DNA of 64,000 nt from Neocallimastix sp. 'constans' (taxonomy: Eukaryota). The translations under genes were made by a program, and so were the position numbers. Below the pieces are notes generated by a model. The model saw only the letters and a list, made by a program, of their open reading frames with translations. It did not search any database and was not told the origin of the DNA. Of this stretch, positions 11,401 through 28,400 are shown piece after piece; within the stretch, counting starts at the first letter, position 1; each line of letters starts with the position of its first letter. The stretch covers positions 496,001-560,000 of the forward strand of contig JBODTK010000013.1 of NCBI GenBank assembly GCA_050613775.1, in the 5' to 3' direction.

Positions 11401-13925
11401 ACATTATTCAATGTGAAAATGGTGAAAACTGTATCAGTTTCAAACCAAAGAGTTCCACCTATTATGAAAACAGTGGCTATGACTCCACTACTAACAGTTT
11501 AATTCAATGTAATAATAGTAATTGTATGACAGTCGCTGCTGATGTCGGTTATTATGTCGCTCACGGTCATATTGATAACAATGGTGTCATAAAATGTACT
11601 ACGGCTACAAGCTGTTCTTACAGTCAAGTCAAGAATAAGGTCAAATATGTCAATGCTGGATTTGATAAGAGAAATAATGCTATCATTGAATGTAAGGGTG
11701 GTAAATGTAATGTTGCCAAGGCTAAATCCGGATATTATCTCACTCATACCAGTACTCTTTTGATTCAATGTACCAGTCCAACTTCTTGTGCTGAATTTAC
11801 ACCAACCGTCAATTATTATGATAATGCCGATTCCTCTGAAAGCAGCAACACCATTATTAATTGTGTCCAAAATAGTAATGTCGTCACCTGTTCTTCTGAA
11901 GCCACCAACAATGGTTTCTATATGTCTAGCTTATCGAATGTCTTAATTCGTTGTAAGGCTGGTCATAAGTGTAAGACCATCACTGTCAAGAATGGTATCT
12001 TCAGAGGTGCTCTCAAGGGTCTCACTTCGAATAAACGTTCAGATAACACTCAGAATGTTCAAAATGTCCATGGACGTGATGATGATGACTTGGAGGAAGA
12101 CGGAAAAATGGTCAATTTAAGAGATAATTCTGATGATGCCTATGGCATTATTCGTTGTGTTGCCGGTAAATGTGCTGCCCTCTCTGCCAGTGAATTAGCT
12201 GCCATTCCAATGTGTGAATTTAACAACAACAAGTGTTATATTACTCTTGAATATGCCATGACTAAATCTGCAACTACTTCTATTGCTGCTGGTAATATTT
12301 GTACTAACAGTGATCGTTCCGTCTTTTACTTCGCCACAGATACCGTCGTTGTCAAGCCAAATGTCATTTCTGGTGTCACTTCCACTTATGTCTACACCAC
12401 CACTAATTCTAACTGTCTTGAAGTCAACGATTCCTATAATGATATGTACTTCACTGTCGGATCCAACATTTACACTCTTGATCAAGGTAGTGTCCTTCAA
12501 TTCTACGAAACTGGTTACTACTTCCTCAATGTAGCCAAAAACACACTTGTCAGTGGTAATGAAATTGATGCCTACAATGATGAAAATGTCAAACTCTACC
12601 GCTGTAACGGAAGTAGCTGTAGCATCATCGATAAACCAGATGCCAACACTTACTATGCTGATGTCAATAAGCGTATCTTGAAATACAATGTGAATAATGA
12701 TGTCTTCACCTTTGCCTATGAAAAAGATATCATCTGTATCTTTGCCAATAATAAGTGTACACCAAATGCTGATTTGAAGAACCAAGAATTCTGTATTACC
12801 TACAAGGGTGAAATTGTTCTTGCCACTACTGACATTAAGAACCGTGAAACTGGTGAATGTTATCGTGCCGGCAACATCAATAACTACATCTACGGATATT
12901 CTCAACACCTTTACCACATGAACCAATTTGCTGCTGAAATGGTCGATCAAACCGGTTTCTATATCATCAGTCTCTCTACCAACACCACTGTTGTCAGTAA
13001 GAACTACAAGAATAAGAATAACAGTATTGTTGTCTATGGATGTAACCTTTCTTCTTGTCGTGTCTACGAACCCGATGAAGACACCTATTATTACGATGCT
13101 CAAGCCAGAAATATCTTAAGATACAAAAATGGTGTTTGGTCTTCTCCAAGTACTTCTGGATATGCCTACATTGCCATTGATCCAACGAACACCTATGTCT
13201 ACAAGTTTGTTAAGAAGGGTGATGAAATCATCATTCAAGGAAAAGCCAACTATGGTTACTACTACACTGTCGATAATGAAATGTATCACTGTGATCAGGA
13301 GGATGGTGAATGTAAGCCAATTGATGAAACAGGCTACTACTTCACCAATGCCGGAGAAGTCTTCTCTTGTGTCCATGATTCTGAAGGATTGGAAGCCACG
13401 GAATGTGTCAAACAAAACTGTGTCAGTGGACAATACTACTACATTGATGATGCCTACTACCGCTGTGAAGTCAGCTCTCTTCTTGTTCCAGTGGTTTCTC
13501 GTTACTGTTCCTATGATGATAACGTCGTTGTCAACTTCCCATTAGCCCTCACGGAGGAATTCCCAGATAAGATTAAGCAAGCGGTTGATGACATTCAAAG
13601 AAACAACAATTCTACTGCCGTTGTCAGTCGTCGTGGAAAGAACTACCTTGAAGCCGTCAGTGGTATCTTCACGAACTGTACCTACAATGTCGAGGAAACC
13701 AAGTCCACTTTCGATCTCGTCTGTGTGAATAACTATGTCAGAGTCGATGATGACAGTGATGAGGTGAAGATCTGTTCCGTTGATCAACTTGGTTATGTTG
13801 AGTGTATGGAGGATGAAGAAAATCCAGAGAAATGTAGTATCAGTGGCGGCTTCCGTGTCTGGAAACCATCGGTTCTTCTTACTGCAGTTCTTCTTCTCTT
13901 CGCTCTTATCATGAATGCCTTCTAA
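4518..13925 (+). CDS. Giant secreted Cys-rich repeat protein, fungal scaffoldin-like (paralogue 1); exons 4518-4540, 5525-5568, 5743-13925; ~2749 aa
   Basis: The 2666-aa ORF (5925-13925) extends upstream in frame to the acceptor AAAG|5743. Exon 1 is ATGTTGGGTTGGAAATATTTGAG|GTAACT and exon 2 is TTTAG|ACTTCT...TCAG|GTATGT. Splicing gives a signal peptide MLGWKYLRLLGLIFIANSVSAS and a total of 8250 nt (divisible by 3). The protein has dozens of (Y/F)Y(V/I/L)N..LI(K/Q)C..C repeats and a hydrophobic C-terminus. The family call is by recognition of scaffoldin architecture, not a search. Confidence 0.85.
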
Positions 13926-14235
13926 GAGGCTATAAGCATGAATCTAAAATAAAAAAAAAAGTTGATCGCATAAAACATATATATAATAATAAAAAAAGAA
14001 TAAATAATAATTTAAACCATAGATTCTCAAATATAATTAAAAAAAAAATAAAATAAAAATTCTTATTATAATAGGAAACACGTTTTGTATTTAGGAAACA
14101 TAAAGTCATGAAGAACTAAAAAGACATCATCAAAACTCTGTTGTTATTTTTCTTCTTAATTGAAAATATATTTTCAAAATCACCTATTTATTATATTTTA
14201 TTAATTACAATAATTTACATTTACAAAAGAAAAAG

Positions 14236-14269
<34 letters not shown>

Positions 14270-15930
14270 ATTACTTTATCATTCATATTTTAAATCAATT
14301 TTTCTATTAAAATTTTCTAGAGAAAAAATAATTCAAATAGGAAAAAATATTTACACATATTATATTATTCAATATTAAAAATTTCAACGACATAGAAATA
14401 CATTCCTAACGCTCTTCTTTTTAGAAGAAGAAGATGATGAAAAAAAAAAAAGAGAATAATAGTGATGATAAGGGAGATCCTTTAATTTATAAATCTATTA
14501 AAAGATTACTTATTTATCATATTGATAAAAGTTTAACTCCTTTCTAGAACTAAAAGTAGAAAAAGCAAATATCAAATTATCATATTTCATTTGGTAAACC
14601 AAAATGTCATTTAAAAAAAAAATAAAAATAAAAAAAAAATAATAATAATAAAAATTCTCAAAATAGCTCGAGAAGAAAAAGAAAAATTATTTTCAACAAA
14701 TAAAAAAAAAAAGAACTTTAAAAAGAATTTTTAAAAAAAAATAAAAATAAAAAAACAGAAAAAGAAACTTTCTCTTTTTCTTTCTTTTTTTTTTTTTTTT
14801 TTTAATCTTCTTTTTTTTCTTTTTCTTTTTTTTTCTTTTTATTATCTTTTCATAATAAAAAGGAATAAAAAATATTAATATTATATATTCATTCTATTTA
14901 AAAATATTTATAAATTTATATAGCACAATTTTTTTTTTTTTTTTTTAAATTTATTTTTACTTACCACAATTTTCAATTCATACCTATCTCTATTAAAAAG
15001 TTACAAATAATTATAATTATTTCTATTTTTTTTTTTTTTTTTATTACAATCTAAAATTAATGTTCATTAATCAATTTTATTTTATTTCAACGGCAAAGCA
15101 ATTCATCAAAACATTTCTACATTATAAATAATATTTTATAAAAATAAATATTTATATATATCATTAATTATTTCTCATTATATATATAATAGCATAATAA
15201 AAATAGTTATTCATTACTAATGAATTATTATAGAAAAAAAAAATGCATATGTAAAAAATTATATATGCATATATATCATAGACATCCTATATATATATTC
15301 TTTACAAAGCAATTATAAAAAAATATAAAAAAAAAAAAAAAAAGAATTCATATATATTAGTCATTTTAGTTTAATAATTATATATATATATAAAAAAAAA
15401 TAAAAACTATTTGTATATTTTAATAATAAAATATTTATATATATATATATATTTTTTTTACCATTCATGGAAATAAAAAAAAAGATAAAAAAGAAAAATA
15501 ATTATTATATACTATTGTATATAACTAATGATACCTATAATAATATTTAATGCAATTAAATAATAATAAAAAAAATATATAAAAAAATTAAAAGAAAAAA
15601 AAAATAAAAATAAAATAAAAAAATAAAAAAAAAAATATTAAAAAAAAAAAAATACATAAAAATAAAATTATATAATTTTGTATTTTAAATTTTAATAATT
15701 AAATATTAAAATATCTTTTGTTGTTAATATTAGAGTGGTATGATTATTATTGATGATGGATGATGATTTATTTCAATAGGAACATTTAGTTTTACTATCA
15801 AAGAAAAGACACTTTGAAACAAAAATACAATTTTTTTTTTTTTTTTTTAACTTAGAAAAAGTATATTTTAATAGTATTTTTTTTTTCATTCATGATATCC
15901 CTAAAATAAATATATTTAAAATAACTGTTA

Positions 15931-15968
<38 letters not shown>

Positions 15969-16126
15969 ATTATATTTTTTAATTTTTTCTTTTTTTTAAA
16001 GTGATTCCTCATTAACTAACTATATTTCATATTTACTATCATTCAAATAGATATAAAGAAAAGACGGGAACACCATAAAAAAAAGAGAGTTAAAATTACA
16101 GAGTTATATTGGTTTTAAAAGGTATC

Positions 16127-16178
<52 letters not shown>

Positions 16179-16179
16179 T

Positions 16180-20900
<4,721 letters not shown>

Positions 20901-21628
20901 ATTTTAAAATTATTTTTTTTTTGAAAGAAAAATAAAAATCTTTTTAATTTATTAAAATTTTCCATATGAATTAAAGTTTTAAAAAAATAAAAATTTTCAT
21001 TAAATTCATTACTAAATTTAGTTAATTAAAAAAAAAATTTCAATTTTCATTTTCCAACTAAATTTTAATTCTAATAAATTTTTTTTTATTTTTTATTTTT
21101 ATTAATTAAAAAAATTATTTTTAAATTTTATTTACTGAAGGAAGGAGTGGAGAACATTTGAAAATGAACCACTAATGGAGGAAAATAAAAATTTTTTACT
21201 CCACAACTTCCCATTTGAATTTCAAAACATTTACTTTTACAAGCTTTAAATGAAATAAATTTATTGTAAAGTTTTGAGTTAATTTTAAATTAAAAAAAAA
21301 AATAATTTCCATTTTCAATTTCAATTACTCATTTTTAATTTGAATTATTTTTTTTAAAAAAAAAAATAAATATTACTATTATTTGAATATTTTTTAGAAA
21401 TCATAAATTGTAACTTTATTAGGACAAAAAAAAAAAGACAAAAAAAAAGGACTATTAATTATTTCTTTTAAGACTTATTCTTTATAAGAGTTAAACTATT
21501 TATTATACTTATTAGTAGTTCTATTAGAATTATCTAAATTTTTTTATTGATGGTTATATAACCCATAAGGGACGTACTGATAATTTTTTCATTTTTTATT
21601 TTACTTTTACTCTTCCCTATCAAAGTGT

Positions 21629-21831
21629 AAATCTAATCTTCTTTTATGTATATATCAAGATAAAAAATTTATTTTTCTCTCTTCCTATATATACCTGCTA
21701 CAAAGACGAACGAATAAATTTCAAAAAAAAAACATATAAATATTAAAAGAAATAGGATAAAATACAAGAAATAAAAAAAATTAAAAAATATATATTTATT
21801 CTTTTAAAATATCTCTTTATATATACCCATA
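21629..21831 (+). promoter_or_regulatory. Putative shared cis-elements upstream of paralogue 2: AAATCTAATCTT (21629-21640) and ATACCCATA (21823-21831)
   Basis: TAAATCTAATCTTCTTTT (18 nt) is identical to the paralogue 1 copy while the flanks do not align. Confidence 0.45.
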
Positions 21832-22056
21832 AAATTTTTTTATATATAAAAAAACTTTTTTTTTTAAAAAATTATTTCTTTTGTTTTTTCCTTCAATTTC
21901 ATATTTATCCTTCATATCCTTTTCTTTTCTTGTTTTTTTTTCCTCATTCAAACCAATCACTAAAAAATAAAAAGTATCCTTAGGTACGATATTAACACTT
22001 TTTTTTATACAATCACTTAATAAACATTTCCAACCATAAACTGTAAGAGCCTAAAG

Positions 22057-22079
22057 ATGTTGGGTTGGAAATATTTAAG
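22057..22079 (+). other. 23-nt first coding micro-exon of paralogue 2
   Basis: ATGTTGGGTTGGAAATATTTAAG|GTAAAT; a synonymous TTA/TTG difference relative to the other two copies. Confidence 0.85.
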
Positions 22080-22392
22080 GTAAATATAATATTTTAAATA
22101 AAAATATATGAATATTTATTCAAAATGTTTTATGGATATATTATAATTTCATTTAATGTTCACAATTATTTTTTTAAAAAATTATAGTTAACATATATAT
22201 TACCTTTTAATTTCTTTTATAATATGAATAAATTCTCAGTTTTTATTTTCTTTTTATTTACTTTTTTTTTCCTTTTTATTGTCATCATTGTTTACTTTTT
22301 GTTTTATTTGATAGTTATATTATGAAATTTTTTTTTTAGTTGTATTATGAAATTTTTTTTTTATTATAACAAAACAATATTTAAAAATTTTT

Positions 22393-22423
<31 letters not shown>

Positions 22424-25400
22424 CGGATTAAAATTTCAACGAATCATTTTTTTGATTTAAATAATAAAAAAAAAATTTTTTTTAAATATCAAAAATATAC
22501 TAAAAATGGAAAAAAAATAAAATCAGATGGAAAATTAAATTAAAAAATAACTTTAATTAATAATAAAATAATTTAAACTTTATTGAGTTGAAACTTTAAA
22601 ATTATGATTTAAAAAAATTTAAATTAGAAATAAATTATAAAATACATTAGTAATATATTATAATATAGATTTAATAATAATATAATAATATAATAGTTGA
22701 TATAATAAAATATATTTGAAATAGTAAAAATAATAAATGAAAGTTATTTATTATACATGAAAGAGAATATATAAGAATATATTTATAATATAAAAAATAA
22801 ATTGTATGGAATAATGAAATGCTATAAATGATATTAAATATAATAAATAATAAAGTCTAATTCAAATCAATATTATATAATAAGTGATAATAAAATGAAA
22901 TAAAATAATTCTTAAAAAATAAATAGAATTAGCAATGTATACATCTTCCAATCATGTAATTAAATGTATACAATATATTATTTTATTTGATATAAAAAAA
23001 TTTTTAAATTTGTCCAATAAAATCAATCAAATCAAATCCAATCAATAAAAATAATAAAAAATTTTTATTTTTAATAATAAAATTAAAAAAAATTAAAAAA
23101 TTTTTTTTTTGATTTTGATTTTTTTATTTATAAAAAAAAAAGAATAAAAAAAAAATTTAGAAAAATAAATACATTTTAATACATTACATTACATTACAAA
23201 TACATTTAAATAGATTAAAATTTATTTTTATTTTATTTTATTTTTAAATTTCAATTAATAATAAAAAAATAAAATAAAAAAAATAAAAAAAAGAACAGTT
23301 TTACTTTATATTCAAAAGTTTTATTTATAATAATTAAAAAAATTTCAATTTTAATATTCATTTTAAATATATTTTTTTTATATTTCATGAACAAATAAAA
23401 AAGTAAAAAAAAACGAGAATTAAAGAATAGAATCATATAAATCAAATATAAATTATATATAATATATAATTATAAGTAGAAAATAGAGAGAATAAAAAAT
23501 AAAAGAAATTATTATTAATCATTTGAAAATATATTTTTTATAATAAAAAATTATAAATATAAACAATAAATAATTTAATATATTACAATTAAATAATTTT
23601 TAATTAAATAATAGTATTTAACATATATTATAGTATATTATATTTTATACAGGAATATATTAAAATTTATAGTAATATAAAATAGATTAATACGTTATAT
23701 TAAATACATTACATTACGTAGAATAATAAATAAATAGATAGAATTTAAATAAATTATTTCAATAATATATAAATGAATAGAAATTTAAATATAAATAAAA
23801 AATTAATAATTATATAGAAGTAGATGAATGGAATAAATAAATGAATGGACATTTTTTAATAAATTATTTCAATAGGAAATAAATGAATAAATGATTATAG
23901 AATAAATAAATTCTTTTATAGTATATTTTTAATTAAAAAAAAATTAATTTCGAAAGGAAAATTGAAAAAAAAATTTTTTTTTTAAAACTTTAATATTATT
24001 TATTATTAAAAAGAAAATATTAAAGAAAGATGGAAAAAAAAAAATGAAACTTTATATATTAATTTATATATATATATATATTTGAATTATCTATTATGGT
24101 AGGCTTTTTGGCTTGCTTTCACTCTATTGTTTTGCAAATGTAAAGGCTGATAATCTAACTGGTAAATATATACGATTATTATATTAATATGGTGATGAAT
24201 AAATAAATAGTTATTTAATTAATGATATTTACAGATAATGTATTTACATAAATTATTTTGTTTATAATTTAATAGCATTACCTGATTGTACGGTACCAGA
24301 AAATGCAGACGGTACTAAATGTACTTCTACAACAGAATTTACAGCTGATACTTATTGTAAGACACCGGATGGTAAAATATATAAATCAACAACAACATCA
24401 CCTTCTTGTAAAACTGCGGAAACTGCCGATAGTAGCAATCCTATTAATGGTGGATATGTTCTATTTGATTGTGGTGAAAGTAAATGTGACAAATTATCAG
24501 ATTTAACTAATGGTCCAACTGGTAATTTATTGGTCTATCACTGTGAATATGCCAATAATGCATGTACATGGACTCCAAACAAGGTATCTTACTATTCGAG
24601 TAATAGTAAATTATATCAATGCTCAGGAACCGCCCCTTGTACTGGTATCACTACGGGTATTTTCTATCTAACATCTGCCAATTCAAATGAGAGTGATAAT
24701 AAACTTGTTAGTGTCACCTCAGGATCTTCTTCCGATTTAACAATTACCGCTGTCGGAAAAAGCTATTGCCTTGACGGTGAAAGTCTATCGGGTACGGCCT
24801 CTAGTAAATTAATCGCATGTACCAAAGCTGACGCTAATACTGCCGCTACTTGTGAGGCTGGACAAACGGCATCCGCTGGTCTTTATATTAATGGTAATGC
24901 CGACACTTCGACTAAAACTACGAAAGCATTGATCTCCTGTACTGCTTCAGGTACCGACGTTACCTGCACAGAAATAAATGCAACAGAAAACAGGTATTAT
25001 GCCAATGCAGGAACGAAAGGTTTAATTAAATGTGATAGTAGTACTGGTTGTGCCGATGTAACAGGCCCCAGTACCAGCGGTTATTATTTAGATGAAAGTA
25101 GTGTCGAAAGTACTAAATATAAAAGTTTAATTTCTTGTTCTACGAATGGTCAAAACGTCGAATGTAGTTCCTCTCCTGCAGGAGAAGGAGTCTTTGTAGA
25201 TGCCTCTACTGCAACTGGTACTGACCCTTCAATTAAGTATACCAGTATAATTACTTGTACTAATGTCTCAAACGTCATTGAATGTAGTTCCACCGCAGTT
25301 TCCGCTGCTGCAGTCTATATCAATGGTGCTGGGGATAAGACGATCATTAATTGTACTGCCTCAAGTTGTACCGTAGAAGCCACAGAAGGTGTCTATTTGG

Positions 25401-28400
25401 ATGCTGGTTCAGCTGCAACTCCTGCAACAGATCCTGCCTCTTATACCAAATTGATTACTTGTGCTACGAATAATGATAAAGTAGAATGTGATTCAGATAC
25501 AGTGACTTCGGGTGCCTATCTTGATAAAAGTACTTATACTGCTGCCGATGCTGCACAATCAATTGCTGAAAAATATGGCTCTGTCATCACATGTACATCG
25601 TCAGGTTGTACCAGTACTGCAGGTGTCGCAGGTGCGGTCTATTTGAATAGTGGCGTAGATAACGCCGCAAAGCCAATCATTAAATGTTCTGCTGCCAGTA
25701 CCTGTAACTCCGACGCCACAGCAGGTGTCTATTTGGATGCCGGTTCAGTTGTAGATCCAACGCAAACTTCTCTCACCTATAAAAATTTAATTACTTGTAC
25801 AAAGAGTGGTACTAATACAGTCCAATGTAGTTCAAATCCTGGTGTGGCTGGTGTTTATCTTGATGGCAGTGTTCAAGATGCTACTGGCGCCACAACTAAA
25901 TTAATTTCCTGTGTGGCTGGTACTGCAGCTACTGATCCAACCACTTGTAATAATACATTAACTCCAGCAGACGGTGCAACCTATATTAATAAAGCCGTCA
26001 CTTCCGGATTAACCAATGCCCTTATTAAATGTGCAACCCCAACAGGTGGTTCTCTCACCTGTACAGCGGACACAGCCAAAAATGAACAATACTATTTGAA
26101 TTCGGATACCAATGTTCAACTGATTAAATGTACCACGGACGAAGGTTGTCAAGATGTAACGGTCACCACCGCTGGTCATTATCTTGATGGCAACACCTTC
26201 ACTGAAGGTGTCAATGGTGCAGCGGGTACCTACACTAATATCATTGATTGTACAGGTACAGGTACTATTACCTGTGTAAATCCAACAACAGCTCTGACAG
26301 AAGGTAATATCTTTGTTAATGCAGCCGTCACTACCGGATTAGAGGGAGCCCTTATTAAATGTACAGGCTCTACCACCACACGTAGGGCTGATCCTGCTAA
26401 TCCTACTGTTACTTGTACTAAGGAATCTGGTGACAATAAAGGTTACTATTTGAATTCTGGTAGTGACAAAACTTCCAATCCATTAATTAAATGTACCGAT
26501 AAGTGTGTCACTGCTGTAGCCGAAGTAACCACTGGAGTCTACCTTGACTATGGAAGTAAAGAGAGTAGTGATAAATTCGCTAAATTAATTACCTGTACAG
26601 CTACTACTACTTGTGATAATACTACTGTAACTGCTGTTAAGGGCTATTATATTAATGAAGATAGTAAAGTTGCTGCTACTCCTACTACTCCTCCTACAAA
26701 AAGAAGTACGGTCACTGCAACTTTTTCAGGATTAATTACATGTGATAAGAATTTGAAATGTGGACTTTTCGATACTCCTACTGCTGGTTTCTATATCAAT
26801 GCCAATCCAGGTTCCACTAAATTAACAAAATCTTTAATTCAATGTACAGGTGAAGGGGAAAGCATTGCCTGTGAATTAAAGGATTTGAATGCTACTAAAG
26901 ATGCAAATTCAGTCTTTATCAATAATGATACCAATAAATTAATTCAATGTAAAGATGATACTGAAGGTTGTAAAGAATTTGCCAGTACAGGAACCAGTAC
27001 CGTTCCTGCATTCTATGTCAACGGTGGAAAAGCGGGAAGCTTTGCCCCAGCCGCTGCTCGTAGAGACGAAACCGTCAACTATGCCGATCTTTTAATTCGT
27101 TGTACCGACGCCGAATGTGTACTTGCCGAAGCCGGTGAATTCAAGGTTTATTTGAATGCTAATCTTAAAGATACATCGGATAGAGCTGCTACCCCAGTAA
27201 CTAATTCCTATAGTACTGACGAAAAACAATTAATTATTTGCTATGATGGTAAATGTGAAACTTTAGCAGATACCGCTACCACTACTAATTATTATATCAA
27301 TGGTGGAGTAGATTCAGATGCTACTGACAAAACTAAATCTGCATTAATTAAATGTACTTCAGGTACACCAGTTACTTGTTCAACTGGAGACGCCACATTA
27401 GCTACAGGCGTAACCGAAAATTTCTATATCAATGCCAATGCTTCGAAAGACACCCAAAATTACCTTATTAAATGTACCAGCAATGGATGTGAACCTTACA
27501 AGAAGGATCCTTCTTCTTCTTCAGGTACGACTGAATATTACGTCCATGGTGAACCAAATGCAACAACTAAATTAACCGATGCAGTAATTAAATGTGAAAT
27601 AACTACATCTGCAGCATGTACCCCTGTTGCTGCAACGAACTTGGATGTCTACATCGATTCCTATAATGTCAACAATATTATTCGTTGCTTTACCACCCCT
27701 GGTTGTACCTCTGTCCTTAACAGTTCTACTAGAACCACATCAGCCTACTATGTTAGTAAGGAAACAAGCGGCAGCCTTATCAAATGTTACAATGACACCG
27801 GTTGTGTTGAGGTAACTCTAGACGAATTAACGGCTGTAGAAGGAAAGAAGGTATTTTTGAATGCAAACTTTGGCGAAAATGCTGATGCCGAAAAACATCT
27901 TATTAAATGTGATGCTACAGGAGCATGTTCTTTAGCAGCAAGCGCGGCCACAGCCACCAATCCTGAATTCTATGTTAATGCCGATACAAATAAAGAAAAT
28001 AAGGACTATGATGGAGCCACTAAAACTGAAATTATTAAATGTATTGCTGATGCTGATGGTAAAAAAACTTGTGATACCAATTTAACAACCAAGGAAAATG
28101 ATGTCTTTATAAATGCCAATTTCGATTCAAATACTCCATTACAAATTATTGTATGTTCCAATGAAGATTGTATTGAAAAGGCTGCTTTTGCAGAGGGTGA
28201 AACAGCAACCACTGTATACTATGTTAATGCTGGTGCCACTAGTTCCGAAAAATTAACGGATACTTTAATTAAATGTAGTAGCTCAGCATGTGAACCTGCT
28301 CAAGCTGAACCAAAAGATATCTATATTAATGCTCTTGACAAGCAACTTATTATTTGTAAGGATGCCTCCACCGGATGTATGGCCGTTCCAAGTACAGCAA

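Noticed and set aside
12195..13103. 302-aa antisense ORF conserved in three copies as a real overlapping gene
   Set aside because: It is codon-aligned with the sense frame and explained by avoidance of TTA/CTA/TCA. Synonymous sense changes alter its residues freely, and the neighbouring antisense ORF is split in gene 1.
5743..13925. Identity as Giardia-type VSP, laminin/EGF protein or bacterial cohesin scaffoldin; specific ScaA/B/C symbol
   Set aside because: No CxxC or CRGKA pattern, no EGF spacing and no cohesin-like sequence. The subfamily cannot be assigned without a search.
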